A stretch of 64,000 bases of DNA from Polyangiales bacterium (GTDB lineage Bacteria > Myxococcota_A > Polyangia > Polyangiales > JADJQN01), in NCBI GenBank assembly GCA_964202905.1, contig CAXNJO010000003.1, positions 416,001 through 480,000 on the forward strand. Reading direction: 5' to 3'. The notes under the pieces were generated by a model, which did no database searches, was not told the DNA's origin, and was given only the letters and a program-made list of their open reading frames with translations. Made by a program: the position numbers and the translations under genes. This document shows, in pieces, positions 60,824 through 64,000 of the stretch (position 1 is its first letter; each line of letters begins with the position of its first letter).

Positions 60824-62896
60824 CTAGCGCGCTTCGTCGAGGCGCCGGAGCCCCTCGAGGAGGAGGGTCTCCGCGGAGGCGTGGATCGTGCGGGCCGTCG
60901 GCTTCACGTCGGGGTCGAGCGCGAACTCGCCGCCCGTCAGCGACAGCATCTTGTAGAAGGCCTCGTCGCCGCGATCCTGCCCGAACATCGCGTGGTGGAT
61001 CTGCCCCTCGAGGAACTGCACCTCCCCCGACTGCCCCTTCGCGCTGACGCGCAACTGGCCGGATTTGCGGCCGTACGCGAGGATCTGCACGACGTCGGGC
61101 AGCGACATCTCGGTGAGGCTGCCGCTGACGCCCCGGCTGGTGCTCGGCTTGGACGCGCCCTTCGCGGCGGCGGCCTCGAGGATCTGGCGCGCCTTGGCGA
61201 CGATCACGTCGGCGCTCGTCGGCTTCACGAGGTAGTCGGCCGACCCGAGCGCGAAGCCGCGCTGGATGCTCTCGCGATCCGACCGGCGGGTGAGGAAGAC
61301 CACCGGCACGGCGGACGTCTTCTGGAAGCTGCGCATCTGCTCGAGCAGCGTGAAACCATCATAGGGGGTGAGGTCGACCTCCGAGAGGACGAGGTCGACG
61401 TCCTGCGCCTCGAGGAGCTTGCGCGCGTCGGCGGCGTTCCGCGCGATCAGCGTGTCGTAGCCCTGCTCGATGAGCCGCAGCTCGAGGACGGTGGTGTCCT
61501 CCGGGTCGGCGTCCACGATGAGGACGCGGCCATGCCCCTCGAGACGGCGGCGCAGGTCGTCGCCGAGCACGACCGAGGCGAAGAGGTCGACGAGGTTCGG
61601 ATCGAAGATCGTGCCGCGCTTCTGGGCGAGCGCGTCGCAGCCCTCCTTGGCCGAGAGCTTGCGTCGGTAGGGGTTGCGCGCGCTCTGGACGAGGTCGGCG
61701 TACGTCTCGACGATCGCGAGCAGGCGCGCGCCGATCGGGATCTCCTTCCCGGAGAGGCGGTCGGGGAAGCCGGCTCCGTCGAAGCGCTCGTAGAGGCTCG
61801 TCAGCGTGCGCGTGCAGGACTCCGGCAGCGCGGTCGCCTCGAAGAGCTTGAGCGGCGCGGTGTGGGTCTTCTGCGCCTGCACGCGGTGGCCGTCGTACTC
61901 GGCGACGTTGAGCGCCGTGAGGTGGAAGCTCGACGCCTTGCCGACGTCGTGGATGTACGCCGCCGCGAGGATGCCGGTCACGTCGCGCTCGGGCAGGCCG
62001 ATGCGCTCGCAGAGGCGGCGCATCATCCGCGCGACCTGCGCAGAGTGACCGCGGAGGTCCGTGCGCCCGTTCTCGAGGAGCGCGACGAGCACGTTCAGCG
62101 TCTCGAGCCAGTCCTTCGCTTGCACCCCCGCGTCGAGGCTGCCGGTGCGCCCGGTGCCCGCGTCGACGCCGGTGGCGCTGGTGACCTTCTGGAGGTTGCG
62201 CCGCTCGCCCTCCGGGTCGAGCCGGAGGACGATGTTCGGGCTGCGCGACGTGGCGACCGCCGGCGTGTAGCCGGGCGTCACCGGCACGACCTCCGCGCGG
62301 CCCGGCGTGAGGGTCAGATCGAGCCGCGCGAGCTCCCCGCCGAGCGGATCGTCGTCGAGACGCGCCGGGCCGGACGGGTACTCGATGGTGCCGCGCTCGA
62401 GCCGCGCGAAGGCGTGCGGGTCGCCGTCGTAGAACTTGTGGATGGCCGCGCGGATGGCCCCCGGGCGGCCGGCGTAGAGCTTGATCTCGCGCGCCCCGGT
62501 CGCGACCTGCACCTGCCGGACGAGGTCGTCGTCGTCGAGGTCCGCGGCGACGACGCTGAGCGACTGCGTCCGCCTGTCGAAGAGGATCGGGAAGACGAGG
62601 AGCTTCTCCGCGACCCGGCGCGGCAGCCACTCGAGCGTGGTGCGGTCGATGTCCGCCCGGGAGAGCTTCTTCGTCGAGACGAAGCGCGTCTTGTAGGTGG
62701 CGGCCGCCCACTCGAGGAAGGCCTCTTCCCCCATGATGCCCGTCTCGATCAACGCCTCGTCCGCGCGGTCGCCGGAGCGGTGCGCGGCCGTGACGACGCT
62801 GTCACGCTGACCAGGCGTGATGCGTCGATCCTGCACCAGGCGGTCGAGGACACGCTGGCCTTGCGGGGGTGGGCGGGCCACTGGACGCGCGAGCAT
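60824..62896 (-). CDS. MshEN/T2SSE_N + HD-GYP-like + receiver + DUF4388 protein
   Basis: RVLDRLVQDRRIT..EALIETG..LPRRVAEKLLVFPI; GHSAQVA, HDVGK, ERFDGAGFP, IPIGARLLAI; REC domain; GSLTEMSLPDVVQIL..KSG.L..LLLEGLRRLDE. The start may be the GTG at 62881. Confidence 0.85.
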   Translation of the reverse strand: MLARPVARPPPQGQRVLDRLVQDRRITPGQRDSVVTAAHRSGDRADEALIETGIMGEEAFLEWAAATYKTRFVSTKKLSRADIDRTTLEWLPRRVAEKLLVFPILFDRRTQSLSVVAADLDDDDLVRQVQVATGAREIKLYAGRPGAIRAAIHKFYDGDPHAFARLERGTIEYPSGPARLDDDPLGGELARLDLTLTPGRAEVVPVTPGYTPAVATSRSPNIVLRLDPEGERRNLQKVTSATGVDAGTGRTGSLDAGVQAKDWLETLNVLVALLENGRTDLRGHSAQVARMMRRLCERIGLPERDVTGILAAAYIHDVGKASSFHLTALNVAEYDGHRVQAQKTHTAPLKLFEATALPESCTRTLTSLYERFDGAGFPDRLSGKEIPIGARLLAIVETYADLVQSARNPYRRKLSAKEGCDALAQKRGTIFDPNLVDLFASVVLGDDLRRRLEGHGRVLIVDADPEDTTVLELRLIEQGYDTLIARNAADARKLLEAQDVDLVLSEVDLTPYDGFTLLEQMRSFQKTSAVPVVFLTRRSDRESIQRGFALGSADYLVKPTSADVIVAKARQILEAAAAKGASKPSTSRGVSGSLTEMSLPDVVQILAYGRKSGQLRVSAKGQSGEVQFLEGQIHHAMFGQDRGDEAFYKMLSLTGGEFALDPDVKPTARTIHASAETLLLEGLRRLDEAR

Positions 62897-62992
62897 AGCA
62901 GGGCGCACGGGCGGGCGACGGGGTGTTCCGCGACGGCGCGCTCACCGCCCGCGGTTGCCTCGCGCCGGGGCGCTGTCTACCCTTCGCGCGCT

Positions 62993-63556
62993 TTGCGTCC
63001 CCGCACCCGCGCCCGCCGGGGCCTCGTCGCCCTCGCCTGCCTCGTCCCCGCGCTCGCCGGGTGCGGCGGCGCCACGTACGCCGGCGGCGAGTACCGCGAC
63101 GGGCCGGTCGCCTTCCGCGTCGCCGAGCTGCCCGCCCCCTGGGCGCGCGTCGCGGTGGGCACGCACAACGACCTCGCGTGGTCGCACGCGGGGCTCGCGG
63201 CCGTCGTGCAGGTCAACGCCGTCTGCGATCAGCCCGATCAGGACGTGCCCCTGCACGCGCTCACGCGGCACCTGCTCAACGGGTTCACCGGCTACACCTA
63301 CCCGCCGACCGAGCCAGCGGATCTGCAGCTCGTCCCCCTCGACGGCCGCGAGGCCCAGCGCACGCACGTCGTCGCGCGGCTCGACGGCGTCCCGCGTGAG
63401 CTGCTGCTCGTCGTGCTCAAGAAGGACGACTGCGTCTACGACCTCGCGCTCGTCGCGCCGCCCGGCGCGCGGTACGAGGCGGCGCGCCCCGCCTTCGAGG
63501 CGCTGGTCGCGGGCTTCCACGCGACGCCCCGCGACGCATCCCGGGGGGAGCGGTGA
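62993..63556 (+). CDS. Hypothetical lipoprotein upstream of mlaE
   Basis: Lipobox LAGC; DGREA.RT...LDGVP...VLKKDDCVYDL. The stop overlaps the mlaE start (GTGA). Confidence 0.7.
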   Translation: MRPRTRARRGLVALACLVPALAGCGGATYAGGEYRDGPVAFRVAELPAPWARVAVGTHNDLAWSHAGLAAVVQVNAVCDQPDQDVPLHALTRHLLNGFTGYTYPPTEPADLQLVPLDGREAQRTHVVARLDGVPRELLLVVLKKDDCVYDLALVAPPGARYEAARPAFEALVAGFHATPRDASRGER

Positions 63557-64000
63557 GCGGCGCGGCGGGCACGCGCCGACCGGGTCAGCGGCTCGCCACG
63601 TTCTTCGAGACGTTCGGCGCGGTGACGGTGCTCACGGGGCGCGCGGTCCGCTCGCTCTTCACGACGCGACTCGAGTTCCGCGCGCTCGTCTACCAGATCG
63701 AGCAGGTCGGCGTGCGGTCGCTCGGGATCGGCGCGGCGACGGCGATCTTCGTCGGCATCGTGATGGCCATCCAGTTCGCGTTTTCGCTCGAGAAATACGG
63801 CGCGAAGGACACGATCGGCCGCATCGTCGCCCTCTCCGAGGTGCGCGAGCTCGCGCCTTCGCTGACGGCCCTCGTCGTCGGCTGCCGCGTCGGCGCCGGC
63901 ATGGCCGCGGAGCTCGGCTCGATGGCCGTCACCGAGCAGATCGACGCGATCCGCGCGCTCGGTGCGGACCCGATCCGCAAACTGGTCGTGCCGCGCGTGC
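63553..64000 (+). CDS. mlaE: MlaE-family ABC permease (3' truncated by window edge)
   Basis: RELAPSLTALVVGCRVGAGMAAELGSMAVTEQIDAIRALGADP..LVVPRV. Confidence 0.92.
   Translation, partial: MSGAAGTRRPGQRLATFFETFGAVTVLTGRAVRSLFTTRLEFRALVYQIEQVGVRSLGIGAATAIFVGIVMAIQFAFSLEKYGAKDTIGRIVALSEVRELAPSLTALVVGCRVGAGMAAELGSMAVTEQIDAIRALGADPIRKLVVPRV

Noticed and set aside
1..64000. tRNA, rRNA, prophage, integron or retron/RT elements
   Set aside because: No recognisable sequence or protein motifs by eye. A covariance-model search was not possible, so small ncRNAs cannot be excluded.

Overview
Very GC-rich bacterial chromosomal window, most likely Myxococcota (Polyangia/Sandaracinus-like). This is inferred from MYXO-CTERM-like tails, Cys-rich lipoproteins, eukaryote-like Ser/Thr kinases and a sigma54-type pilA promoter. 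It holds about 40 genes. Housekeeping: priA, tsaD, ppdK and a partial mlaE. Signalling: a FIST protein with a hybrid histidine kinase and an HDOD protein, a GAF-PAS-HisKA_2 kinase, two Ser/Thr kinases, and an MshEN-HD-REC-DUF4388 protein. Cell surface: a type IV pilin, an FG-GAP/CARDB lipoprotein, a TSP3-vWA lipoprotein, tandem trypsin-like Cys-rich proteases, and GT-C and SPINDLY-like glycosyltransferases. There is also an orphan FlhB/SctU gene, a 4-hydroxybutyryl-CoA dehydratase and one IS4-family element. No rRNA, tRNA or CRISPR array was seen. About ten single-base frameshifts in otherwise intact genes point to consensus indel errors. The most notable sequence-level observations are: tandem palindromic enhancer sites plus a -24/-12 promoter upstream of pilA; a recurring CGAGAAT-N3-ATTCTCG palindrome; a 7 x 14-bp phased array that exactly fills a convergent intergenic gap; pervasive TANNNT boxes 6-10 nt before start codons (leaderless architecture); a cystathionine beta-synthase homologue lacking the PLP lysine; and a beta-carbonic anhydrase remnant ahead of sulP. 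No single clearly novel multi-gene system can be established from sequence alone.
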